Below, piece after piece: positions 1 through 7,856 of a DNA stretch of 38,259 bases (position 1 is the stretch's first letter; each line of letters begins with the position of its first letter). The translations under genes were made by a program, and so were the position numbers. The stretch is from Methanothrix sp. (GTDB lineage Archaea; Halobacteriota; Methanosarcinia; Methanotrichales; Methanotrichaceae). The notes under the pieces are model-generated. The model saw nothing but the letters and a program-made list of their open reading frames with translations. It was not told the origin of the DNA and searched no databases. The stretch lies in the NCBI GenBank assembly GCA_003857025.1, contig RPOO01000001.1, positions 1 through 38,259 on the forward strand, in the 5' to 3' direction.

Positions 1-88
1 ATCGATGAGGAGCAAGACCATATTATTAGGTTGTTTGGCGCAAAATGCGAAAAATACTACAGCTAAAAGAGGACGTGCGGGATGTGGG
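1..88 (+). mobile_element. 3' end of a probable IS1634-family insertion sequence: transposase C-terminus (1-66) and right terminal repeat (about 76-88)
   Basis: Frame 1 reads IDEEQDHIIRLFGAKCEKYYS* to TAA at 64-66, resembling the 'IIxLxGxxCEKYY' end I recall for IS1634-type transposases. It is followed by TGCGGGATGTGGG, similar to IS1634-type ends. The element is truncated by the window edge and the match is from memory. Confidence 0.55.
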
Positions 89-159
89 TTGGAGACGAAA
101 GATTGGGGAATGGCTCAAGATTTAGCTTCATATAAAAAGAGAAAGCGATATCATCCAAC

Positions 160-762
160 TTAAAATTTCAGCCGTTTGAATGCCATAGCCAGGCACAAAG
201 CACCTAAAACAGCACCGAATCCGGGTGTTGCTTTATTTTGGCTTTCCGATGCGGGTCCGGCCTGATCAGGCGTCTCTGACTTTGCCTGCTCTGAGGTTGA
301 TTTTTCCGCGTTTTCAGCATTTGCGCCATTCGCAGCCGCACTATCCAAAACAGCAGCATTGGATCCTGTTGCCGGCCCATTCGTTCCAACGACTTCGATA
401 TATCCAGTCTTCTTGCCGGAGGGCGACCCTTTGGCGGCTACATCGACCACGTAGGAATAGTTGCCCGGAGCAATATCTCCTGCCTTCATGGTGCAATTAT
501 ACTCAGTAACTCCGGCAGGAAACACATATTTTATCATCTTGGGGCAGGAGACTTCCACCCCTTCCGTCATATTCTTGAATACCAGCTGGACATATGCCCC
601 ATTGCTGCCCAGGCCCTTCACGTCAACAGTGAAGTTTGCCGCGCTGTTGGGCGCCAGGCTGACGGGCGAGACATCGACCACCTGGAACCAATATGATCCG
701 ACAGCCTGGCCCGTGAGCAGCAAAAGAAGCATCAAAAGCGCAATTGGAACGACCGTTTTCAT
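160..762 (-). CDS. PGF-CTERM (archaeosortase A-sorted) cell-surface protein
   Basis: Signal peptide MKTVVPIALLMLLLLLTGQAVG from ATG 762, beta-rich domain with two Cys, Ser/Ala/Glu linker, and C-terminal TPGFGAVLGALCLAMAFKRLKF (PGF + TM + basic). A TTTATAA box lies about 25 nt upstream, so the ORF-track start at 858 is probably too long. Confidence 0.85.
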   Translation of the reverse strand: MKTVVPIALLMLLLLLTGQAVGSYWFQVVDVSPVSLAPNSAANFTVDVKGLGSNGAYVQLVFKNMTEGVEVSCPKMIKYVFPAGVTEYNCTMKAGDIAPGNYSYVVDVAAKGSPSGKKTGYIEVVGTNGPATGSNAAVLDSAAANGANAENAEKSTSEQAKSETPDQAGPASESQNKATPGFGAVLGALCLAMAFKRLKF

Positions 763-879
763 ATTCTGCAGATTATGCTGAAGATTATAAATATGTTTCG
801 GGATAATTAGGCAATATATTCTAATCCAAAAAGAGTGATCTTTGGCACTAAAAGCCATTGTCCCGGAAATTTTGCAGCA

Positions 880-1119
880 TTAGACTTTTTTGAACATCTT
901 CTTCAGCTCTTCCACGGACGGGCTCCTTCCTACGAGTATTATCTCTCCGTCTATGGCCAATCCAGGGATCATCATGATGCCTCGGTTCATTATCTCCTGA
1001 ATGCTGTCCACTTTGATAACCTCGGCATCCATGTCCAGCTCCTGGACGGCTTTCTCCGCATTCTTATGCAGGCTCTTGCATTTGGCACAATCCGTTCCCA
1101 GGATCTCAATCTTGGTCAA
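880..1119 (-). CDS. Small thioredoxin-fold redox-active disulfide protein (MTH895/TM0996-like)
   Basis: 79 aa with KIEILGTDCAKC CxxC and IPGLAIDG cis-Pro region. TTG start with GGTGA SD. Confidence 0.9.
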   Translation of the reverse strand: MTKIEILGTDCAKCKSLHKNAEKAVQELDMDAEVIKVDSIQEIMNRGIMMIPGLAIDGEIILVGRSPSVEELKKMFKKV

Positions 1120-1167
1120 TTATCTCACCAAATTTTCTTATCAATTTTTATTCCTCTCTCTATCGAT

Positions 1168-2643
1168 CTACCACAGCAGGAAGCCAAAGTATCTGGCCGA
1201 GTACACCAAACCGACAGCGATCACCAGCAATCCGAAGAATTTGGTGGTCCACTTGCCGATAGAGACATATTTATCTCCGATTCTGCCGCCCACTGCCCTG
1301 GAAAAGGTAGCTATGGGGATGATGGGGACACCGTGCCCCACGCCGAAGATGAAGAGCATCATGCCGCCCGCCAGGGGAGTCACGTTTTGCGATGCCAGCC
1401 AGATCAAGACCGGCAGGACCATTGATAGCGCGCAAGGTGCCCAGCCCAATGCAAAGAAGATGCCAAGAGTGAAGGCCCCGATGAAAGCCGAATGCTTGAA
1501 GAGCCCGATGGATGTCTCCACCGCCCTTTGCATAATCCCTGGTCCCCTCTCGTGGACATCGCCGTCGGGAGAGCGCCGGATGCGACTCGTCACCGGCTCC
1601 AGGATCTCCTCCAGCGGCTTGAAGTTGCCGATGCCAAGCAGAATCATGATAACGCCTGCAATCAGGTCGAAGACTTTCGAGTCGCGGATGAAAAAGCCGA
1701 TCTGAGAGATGAAGAGCCCCAGCACGAAGAAGACCGCGGCCATCCCAAGGGTGAAGGCGATACCAATCATGAAGCCCTCTCTCGATGTGGAAGTGCTCTT
1801 TTGCAGGTATTCGTCTTTCCTGCGTACCGTCAGGACGTAGGAAAAGACCGCGATCAGCAGAGCGATGGAGCAGGGCGCAAGAGACGTCAGGATTCCGAGC
1901 AAGAACATACCGAAGGCTGATACGTTCTGCTTGGAGACCTCTCCTTCAAAGCCCTTCCACTGCGAGCTTTTCAGTTCTTGCAGCTTGGCGGAAAGCGTCT
2001 CGGCGCTCTGCACTCCATCTAAAACGCCTTCACCCACGCGGTAAACATGATAGACACCGGCGACGTTGCCTTCCTTGTCAATTAGAAGAATCGTAGGATT
2101 GGAGGAGCCGCCCTGCACATTCCAGTAGTCCAGATATTTGCTGCCGATGGCATAAGGCTCGATATCCTCCGTCCAGGGCCAGGTGATGTTGACCTGCCAC
2201 CACTTCTCAGCCAAAACCTTGCCGCCTTTGGAGTAGGGATTCTTCCGCAAGTTCAATGTCACAATCTGCACATCAGGCTGCATGGCCTTGAGCCGGATCA
2301 GCTCATTTACCTGCCCCTTCAGGGACACCTCGCATTCCACGCACAGTGGAACCTCGATATTGGTGATATGCAGCACGAGCGGCGAGCCGCGAAAGTCGGA
2401 AAGGGAGAAATTGCGTCCATTTGCGTCGGTTGCGGTAAAATCGGGAGCCTTTGCCAGATCCAAAGCTGCGGCTGAGATGGTGAAGAAGAAGAGAGCAATT
2501 ATGCATAGAGAGAAGAATGCTGCGGCAGTGAGCAGCATTCCTGGCGGCAGCATCTTTGCGGCAGGCATTTTGCAGGGCATGGTAACGGTTGCTACACTTG
2601 GCGTTCTGGTTGGCATTATGCTCGGCGTCTTGCTATCGATCAT
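1168..2643 (-). CDS. ccdA: Fusion of an exported AhpC/TSA-redoxin domain with a CcdA/DsbD-beta transmembrane domain
   Basis: Hydrophobic signal, APDFTATDANGRNFSLSDFRG redoxin start, CVEC, PTILLIDKEG. Then six TM helices with the paired APCS and APCA cysteines of CcdA. Start codon uncertain. Confidence 0.85.
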   Translation of the reverse strand: MIDSKTPSIMPTRTPSVATVTMPCKMPAAKMLPPGMLLTAAAFFSLCIIALFFFTISAAALDLAKAPDFTATDANGRNFSLSDFRGSPLVLHITNIEVPLCVECEVSLKGQVNELIRLKAMQPDVQIVTLNLRKNPYSKGGKVLAEKWWQVNITWPWTEDIEPYAIGSKYLDYWNVQGGSSNPTILLIDKEGNVAGVYHVYRVGEGVLDGVQSAETLSAKLQELKSSQWKGFEGEVSKQNVSAFGMFLLGILTSLAPCSIALLIAVFSYVLTVRRKDEYLQKSTSTSREGFMIGIAFTLGMAAVFFVLGLFISQIGFFIRDSKVFDLIAGVIMILLGIGNFKPLEEILEPVTSRIRRSPDGDVHERGPGIMQRAVETSIGLFKHSAFIGAFTLGIFFALGWAPCALSMVLPVLIWLASQNVTPLAGGMMLFIFGVGHGVPIIPIATFSRAVGGRIGDKYVSIGKWTTKFFGLLVIAVGLVYSARYFGFLLW

Positions 2644-2753
2644 TGTTTTGCGGGCCTTGTTTTGCTCGGCAATGGACTGCTTATGGACTGATTGGCATTA
2701 TTCCATACGGCATTCTGCCGAAGAATTATGCAGTGATTAACTATGCAGCGATC
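2643..2753. repeat. Spacer made of four consecutive tandem duplications (14, 11, 15, 15 bp)
   Basis: ttgttttgcgggcc/ttgttttgctcggc; atggactgctt/atggactgatt; ggcattattccatac/ggcattctgccgaag; aattatgcagtgatt/aactatgcagcgatc. Confidence 0.8.
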
Positions 2754-3312
2754 AATTCCAGTCGGCAGCATTCTGTTTATGGTAGTAGACGGCGTCTTTG
2801 ATATAGTCCTCAATCTGGCCTTTGCCCATGGCATCGATCTGGCTGTGCCAGGCGACCTGCACTTTTCCGTCAGACCCCTTGATCAAGGTTACAAAGATCG
2901 TAGTGGGCACATATCCCTGCCCCAGGCCCTGCGGATCGTAGGCATCCAGAAGATCAAGGGCTTTTTGCAGATCTCCGCCGGATTCGCCCAAAACATCCAT
3001 ATATTCTACATCATTTCCGTAAGTTGCCAGCGGTTCCTTCAAGTTCGCAATCTGCTCGGCGCAGGACTTGCACGTGCTGCTGTGAACCAGGATGACCAAC
3101 GGCTTTTCCTTGAGGGCGTCGAGGACAACATCTGGATGCGTAACGGCCTTTCCGGAATCTGCGTGTTGCGCCGGATATGTGGACCACCAGTCGCTCTCGC
3201 CGGAACCAAGAGCGTGCGCGGGCTGATAGCTGCTCCAATCTTCGGATAGAGCAGAACCCATCATGGCAGGAGAGCAAACCGCCAGCAGTACAAGTAACCC
3301 CAGAATATGCAT
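2752..3312 (-). CDS. Secreted thioredoxin-fold protein (CKSC)
   Basis: Signal peptide MHILGLLVLLAVCSPAMMGSA, PLVILVHSSTCKSC active site and YVPTTIFV cis-Pro motif. Alternative start at 3357. Confidence 0.8.
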   Translation of the reverse strand: MHILGLLVLLAVCSPAMMGSALSEDWSSYQPAHALGSGESDWWSTYPAQHADSGKAVTHPDVVLDALKEKPLVILVHSSTCKSCAEQIANLKEPLATYGNDVEYMDVLGESGGDLQKALDLLDAYDPQGLGQGYVPTTIFVTLIKGSDGKVQVAWHSQIDAMGKGQIEDYIKDAVYYHKQNAADWN

Positions 3313-3475
3313 GAATCTCTTAAGCACGATTGAAACTCCTAAACGTCTGATATGCACTGATTTACACTTGAATTATTTAAAGCTTCATTTTGCTTTTTTG
3401 CACATTACTTTTTGTGTCTTGCTTTTTGCGTCTTGGACTGATCAGCCAGATTGTTCTCATCAAGATCCTATGGAC

Positions 3476-3530
3476 AGGCCGATCTCAGGTAGGCCAAGCT
3501 CAGGATTGATCATAGCTTAGGATTGATCAA
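3476..3530. repeat. Overlapping 15- and 17-bp tandem duplications
   Basis: aggccgatctcaggt/aggccaagctcagga and agctcaggattgatcat/agcttaggattgatcaa. Confidence 0.7.
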
Positions 3531-3692
3531 TGGCGATTGGAGGGTCCCCCTGCCACCATCCGCCTGCAATGCCAGAACTACTCGATAAAAAGCATGAGGG
3601 ACGCGTTTATATTTATTGCTTTTGGCGGGAGGGATATACTTTCTCCGAAAGAGCTTTATCATTTCAACTCATAATAATATTTGGAATTGAAT

Positions 3693-4145
3693 ATGCATAT
3701 AACTCCGATCCTTTTAATTGCTCTCGTAGCTGCCGGCCTTCTTATTTGCGGCCACAGTCCGGCTGACTCACGAATAAAAAATGTCGGCGAGGATTTTGGC
3801 AAATCATGGCTGGCCCAAAACACAAATAAGTTTGCCGCGGTAGCCAGCTCGTCCAACGGCAGCAAAGACCTCTGGGCATGGGGAGGAAAGCCGCTGGGCT
3901 ATGAGGTCATCAAAGGTGAGATTTACCCCAGGATCGCTCCAACGGAGTTGTACTATCCCATGTTCATGAGCAATTCCACACCGATTCTGATCAACGGCAC
4001 CAGGCTTCAGCAGAATAGTAATTATATTCCAGCGGAATTCGCATTAAACGGCTTTGTCAATGATCCCTGGTATCTGGCCCAGTTAACCGAAAGACCCGTC
4101 ATTGTCGCTTATCCAGCCCCCGGAAGAGCGTCCACGCTTTTATAA
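3693..4145 (+). CDS. Secreted hypothetical protein with LWxWGxxPxG motif
   Basis: Signal peptide from ATG 3693, with DLWAWGGKPLGY and NDPW motifs. Confidence 0.75.
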   Translation: MHITPILLIALVAAGLLICGHSPADSRIKNVGEDFGKSWLAQNTNKFAAVASSSNGSKDLWAWGGKPLGYEVIKGEIYPRIAPTELYYPMFMSNSTPILINGTRLQQNSNYIPAEFALNGFVNDPWYLAQLTERPVIVAYPAPGRASTLL

Positions 4146-4289
4146 AATCTTCTTGCTTCCTAAATATGAAAGGGATAGAATGGTTGCCCTGCTGTCCGGA
4201 TCCAAATTTGGTAGATGATGGGGTGCAGTCCGGCGGATGGCATCCCGAGTCGATCTTCAATGCATCATCCATCAACGCCTCATGCTCGC

Positions 4290-4976
4290 TTATTCGGCCT
4301 CGATGATCTCGGAGAGCAGCCTTTGCCCTTCCCCTGAGCGAAAGAGCGGTGTCTCCCAGTCCTGAGTTACCCGGCCATTTTTTCGATAGACCATCACGCC
4401 CCGTCTCTCCCAGGTCGGCGTCTTGGCCAGGTTCACGCCCTTTTGGAAGACCAGTTCATGCATCTCCTTCTCTTTCATGCCGCGAAGCTGCTGCATGGCA
4501 TCCGCGTTTCTGAGCCCTTCGCCGACAAGAATGTAAAAGGCGTATGAGAAGATGTGATTTCGCCAGGTCTCGTCCTGCCGTTCCGCCAGATATTCCAGGA
4601 TTTCGGCCCTGCAAAGCGGAATCGTCCTGCAGTCCATGCTCATGAGCTTTCCCCGATTAAGGGAAAGCGCGGCGGAGAAGAAGCCCGCGACCGCAGAGTC
4701 GATCTTCTCAACCCGGCCCGCGAAGGGAGCTTCCAGAAAGAGCAGGCTGATCTCGTCGGAGAACGTGAAGGCAAGCGCCGGTGAAAAGCCCGAATCCTCA
4801 AAGAAGGAGGCAGTAGCCTGGACCATCGACCCGGCAAAACCCAGATCGTAGGGCTTTTGGCAGTCCTCCAGCAGCTTCTTGAAGCCGCGCCCGTCCGCCC
4901 TGACCATGAGAGGCGCGCGAGCGCATAAGCCGGAATAAATCTCCCAGCTAGCCGTCTTTGTGTTCAGCCTTTGCAT
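4290..4976 (-). CDS. thg1: tRNA(His) guanylyltransferase Thg1-like protein (3'-5' polymerase)
   Basis: EIYSGL, VRADGRGF, KPYD, FSDEISLLF, GRVEKIDS, WRNH and PTWERRG motifs of archaeal Thg1/TLP. Confidence 0.92.
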   Translation of the reverse strand: MQRLNTKTASWEIYSGLCARAPLMVRADGRGFKKLLEDCQKPYDLGFAGSMVQATASFFEDSGFSPALAFTFSDEISLLFLEAPFAGRVEKIDSAVAGFFSAALSLNRGKLMSMDCRTIPLCRAEILEYLAERQDETWRNHIFSYAFYILVGEGLRNADAMQQLRGMKEKEMHELVFQKGVNLAKTPTWERRGVMVYRKNGRVTQDWETPLFRSGEGQRLLSEIIEAE

Positions 4977-5208
4977 TTCGGGTCAAGTGCCTGATGATGA
5001 TTATGTCGCCCACGGCGGTAACCCAGCGGTAGGGAATGATGATGCCTTTTCCCTTCTGGTCGAACAGCTCTTTGTTCACATCTCCCAGGGCGAGACCGCT
5101 CACAACGCCCTTCTCCGGATCGAGTACGGCATCATCTACTCTCCCCACAAAGATGCCATTTTGCGTGTAAACATCCTGATCAAGGAGCGATGTGATCTCG
5201 GCAAACAT
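4948..5208 (-). CDS. cdpB1: PRC-barrel domain protein, CdpB1-like archaeal cell-division protein
   Basis: EITSLLDQDVYTQNGIFVGRVDD...GLALGDVNKELF...GIIIPYRWVTAVGDIIII matches the single-PRC-barrel CdpB1 pattern. Overlaps the thg1 start by 29 nt. Confidence 0.75.
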   Translation of the reverse strand: MFAEITSLLDQDVYTQNGIFVGRVDDAVLDPEKGVVSGLALGDVNKELFDQKGKGIIIPYRWVTAVGDIIIIRHLTRNAKAEHKDG

Positions 5209-5259
5209 TATAGATCCCATAATAAAATTTTGATTTAAGATATTAACTTTGCTGTTTCC

Positions 5260-5335
5260 CCGACCCAGGCTATTGCCGACCCGGGCCCTTAAGCTTTGTC
5301 TTCAAGTGCTTTTGTCTCAATAGCTTTCGTCTCAA
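5260..5335. repeat. Consecutive tandem duplications (16-bp x2, then 15-bp x3)
   Basis: ccgacccaggctattg/ccgacccgggccctt, then aagctttgtcttcaa/gtgcttttgtctcaa/tagctttcgtctcaa. Confidence 0.75.
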
Positions 5336-5340
5336 GAGCG

Positions 5341-5904
5341 TCAAGTTGAGGAGCTGGGATAACCGTTGGGATAATTGGGATCATCACCGGGATAATTATT
5401 CCAAGGATCATAGCTGGATTTTCCTTCCGCTAGAATTGATGCAATATTCATGCCGTTTGCCAGCCCTCCCGTGGTGAATCCTGTGGAATAATGGCTCAGA
5501 TTTTTTGTATTGGTTTTTCCATAGGTATCATTTTGTGTCGGATATCCCAGGTTAAATTGAGCCGTGTAGTAATTCGAGGGATAGCTGAGCGTTCCATTTT
5601 TAGCTGAGAATCCCCTTGGCGTGCTGCCCCAGCCCCATAAACTGCTGCTCGCGGCTGAACCACTGCCGGACGATCCAATCTGCACGGACGATGCGCTGCT
5701 TGCACCGGATGCAGACCCGGAGGAAGAACCGGACCCGGAATCGGAGGCCTGGCTTTGTCCCGCGGTCGAATTCGAGTCGGCCTCATATTGCCACACAACG
5801 GCTGCCCCGAAGAAAGTGTTGGCAACGACTGAGGCCAAAATCAATGCAGCAACTGAATAGAGAAGCCTATGCTTGTTCATTTCCATTGACCCGATCATCT
5901 TCAT
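5341..5904 (-). CDS. Secreted Ser/Gly-rich hypothetical protein with LWxWGxxPxG motif
   Basis: Hydrophobic N-terminus, Ser/Gly linker, SLWGWGSTPRGF, YDPW and a Y/P/N-rich tail. Start may be at 5880. Confidence 0.7.
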   Translation of the reverse strand: MKMIGSMEMNKHRLLYSVAALILASVVANTFFGAAVVWQYEADSNSTAGQSQASDSGSGSSSGSASGASSASSVQIGSSGSGSAASSSLWGWGSTPRGFSAKNGTLSYPSNYYTAQFNLGYPTQNDTYGKTNTKNLSHYSTGFTTGGLANGMNIASILAEGKSSYDPWNNYPGDDPNYPNGYPSSST

Positions 5905-6035
5905 GCTTTGCCAGTTATTTGGTGACTGTTATTTGGATGGCACATCTTGCCTCCTTGCATAAAAATATGTGGTAACAGGATCAAAGCGCGCAAGGTTTCG
6001 GATTTCAATTTTAGATTTATTTAATTTTGTAATTC

Positions 6036-7751
6036 TCAGCCCTTCAGCGCTTTTTGCAGCTCCGGCAGGCGAAGGGAATTGAGCAGATCCTTCTTTTCCA
6101 GCCAGCCTCTTCTGGCGATGTTTAGCCCGTATTTCATGACGCCAAGCTGCTCTGGTTCATGCGCATCGGAGTTGATGCACAGGCGGATGCCCATCTCTTT
6201 TGCCTCCCGTGCCCAGGTTTCATTCAGATCTAACCGGCTGGGGTAGGCATTGATCTCCAGAGCCGTTCCGGTTCTCGCCGCAGCCTCCAGCACAGCGTTC
6301 ATGTCGATCTCGTAGGGTTCGCGCTGGTTTATGATCCTGCCTGTGGGGTGTCCGATGATATGCACAAACTCGTTCTCAATAGCCGAGATCAGACGGCCTG
6401 TAATTGCTCGCTCGTTTTGCTGCTGGCCCATGTGCACCGAGGCTACGACGACATCGCATCTGGCCAGGAGATCGTTGGGATAGTCCAGCTTTCCGTCTGC
6501 TTTGATATCCACTTCCGTACCAGCGAGGATGGTGATACCCTGCAAATTCTCATTGGCGGCTGCAATCGCCTCGATCTTCTCTTCCAGCCTTTCCGGTGAA
6601 AGGCCACCGGCGATGCCCACTGACGGCGAGTGATCGCAGAGGGCCAGGTATTCATATCCCAGAGCCTGGGCGGCCCTGGCCATCTGCAGGATCGATGCCC
6701 TGCCGTCCGACCAGTCGGAATGCACATGCAGGTCGCCGCGAATATCCTTCAGCTCTGCCAGAGCCGGCAGCTTGCCGCTTCTTGCCGCCTCGATCTCGCC
6801 CCGGTCTTCCCGCAATTCCGGCGATATGTATTGCAGCCCCAGATGGGCATAGACATCCTCCTCCCGGTCGAAGAATAGATCCTGATTATCGGACAGGCGC
6901 GTCAGGGAATATTCGCTCAGGGAATAGCCGCGAGCCAGGGAAAGCTGGCGAAGGCTGACGTTGTGCTCTTTGGAGCCGGTGAAATACTGAAGCACTGTGC
7001 CAAACGACTTATGCTCCACGATCCGCAGGTCCACCTGAATCGTCTCCTGCACGATGACGCTGGCCTTGGTGGGACCCTTGACCAGGACATCCTGGACCAG
7101 AGGCATGCGCACAAACGCCGCCACAATCTCTTCAGGCCTTGCGGCAGTGGCAAGGATATCGATGTCGCCCACAGTCTCCTTGCCGCGACGATAGCTTCCG
7201 GCAGCGGTGATGTGCTCCAGCCCCTCTAAAGATCGCAGAAATTCCAATACCTCATTGACGACGGGCTCTGCGACGCTGTAAAGTATGCGGCTGCTGCGCT
7301 TCTTGTACCTCTCGATGGCTTTTAGGATATTCTTCTCGCGAACTTCGCCCATCCTGGGCAGCCGACGCACCCGGTGCTCCCTGGCCGCCTTTTCCAGATC
7401 CTCCAGATTTGAGACGCCGAGCTTTTCATGTAGCATGAAGATGGTTTTAGGTCCCAGGCCCGAGATCTTGAGAAGCTCGGCCAGGCCCGCGGGCGTTTGC
7501 GCCAGGAGATCTTGGTGAGACTGGATCTGGCCGGTGCGCAGGAACTCTTCGACCTTTTGGGCGATTGCCTTGCCGACGCCGGGAATGGACTGCAGCCTTC
7601 GCTCCCGGCAGACCTTTTCCACATCCTCTTTCATGGACTCGATGGCCCGAGCCGCTTTGCTGAATGCAATTATCTTGAAACGGTTCTCGGCATGCAGCTC
7701 CAGCAATTCCGCCATCTCGTAGAGAACTGCTGCAACGTCTTGATTTTTCAC
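6036..7751 (-). CDS. polX: DNA polymerase X / PHP 3'-5' exonuclease
   Basis: HhH repeats (IPGVG, ISGLG), AGSYRRGKETVGDIDIL and QVDLRIV catalytic aspartates, YFTGSKEHN. PHP motifs DLHVHS, DHS, GHP and SDAH are intact. Confidence 0.95.
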   Translation of the reverse strand: MKNQDVAAVLYEMAELLELHAENRFKIIAFSKAARAIESMKEDVEKVCRERRLQSIPGVGKAIAQKVEEFLRTGQIQSHQDLLAQTPAGLAELLKISGLGPKTIFMLHEKLGVSNLEDLEKAAREHRVRRLPRMGEVREKNILKAIERYKKRSSRILYSVAEPVVNEVLEFLRSLEGLEHITAAGSYRRGKETVGDIDILATAARPEEIVAAFVRMPLVQDVLVKGPTKASVIVQETIQVDLRIVEHKSFGTVLQYFTGSKEHNVSLRQLSLARGYSLSEYSLTRLSDNQDLFFDREEDVYAHLGLQYISPELREDRGEIEAARSGKLPALAELKDIRGDLHVHSDWSDGRASILQMARAAQALGYEYLALCDHSPSVGIAGGLSPERLEEKIEAIAAANENLQGITILAGTEVDIKADGKLDYPNDLLARCDVVVASVHMGQQQNERAITGRLISAIENEFVHIIGHPTGRIINQREPYEIDMNAVLEAAARTGTALEINAYPSRLDLNETWAREAKEMGIRLCINSDAHEPEQLGVMKYGLNIARRGWLEKKDLLNSLRLPELQKALKG

Positions 7752-7776
7752 GAAATAGATCCTGCCTTTTTAAAAC

Positions 7777-7830
7777 AAGAGCATTTCGGCCAAAGAGCAT
7801 AATGGCCAAAGGGAAAATCGCAAGGTTAAT
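7777..7830 (+). promoter_or_regulatory. Divergent polX/radical SAM promoter: 16-bp direct repeat plus BRE-TATA-like CGCAAGGTTAAT
   Basis: aagagcatttcggcca/aagagcataatggcca at 7777-7808. CGCAAGGTTAAT (7819-7830) recurs exactly at 12164-12175, and a similar GCAAAGTTAATA lies upstream of the PRC-barrel gene (5241-5252, minus). Confidence 0.5.
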
Positions 7831-7856
7831 CTCTCATGGGGCAAGTCATATCGATT

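Noticed and set aside
835-2740. Plus-strand ORFs of 100-230 aa over the redox operon
   Set aside because: They lie fully antisense to well-supported genes.
4215-4275. Imperfect inverted repeat between convergent genes
   Set aside because: The pairing is weak; at most an ordinary terminator.
4290-4976. Possible pyrrolysine (in-frame UAG) recoding in thg1, as known in some Methanosarcina
   Set aside because: The ORF is uninterrupted, with no internal TAG.
2643-5335. Short repeats as a degenerate CRISPR array
   Set aside because: Units are adjacent with no spacers, differ between loci and are too short; no cas genes are present.
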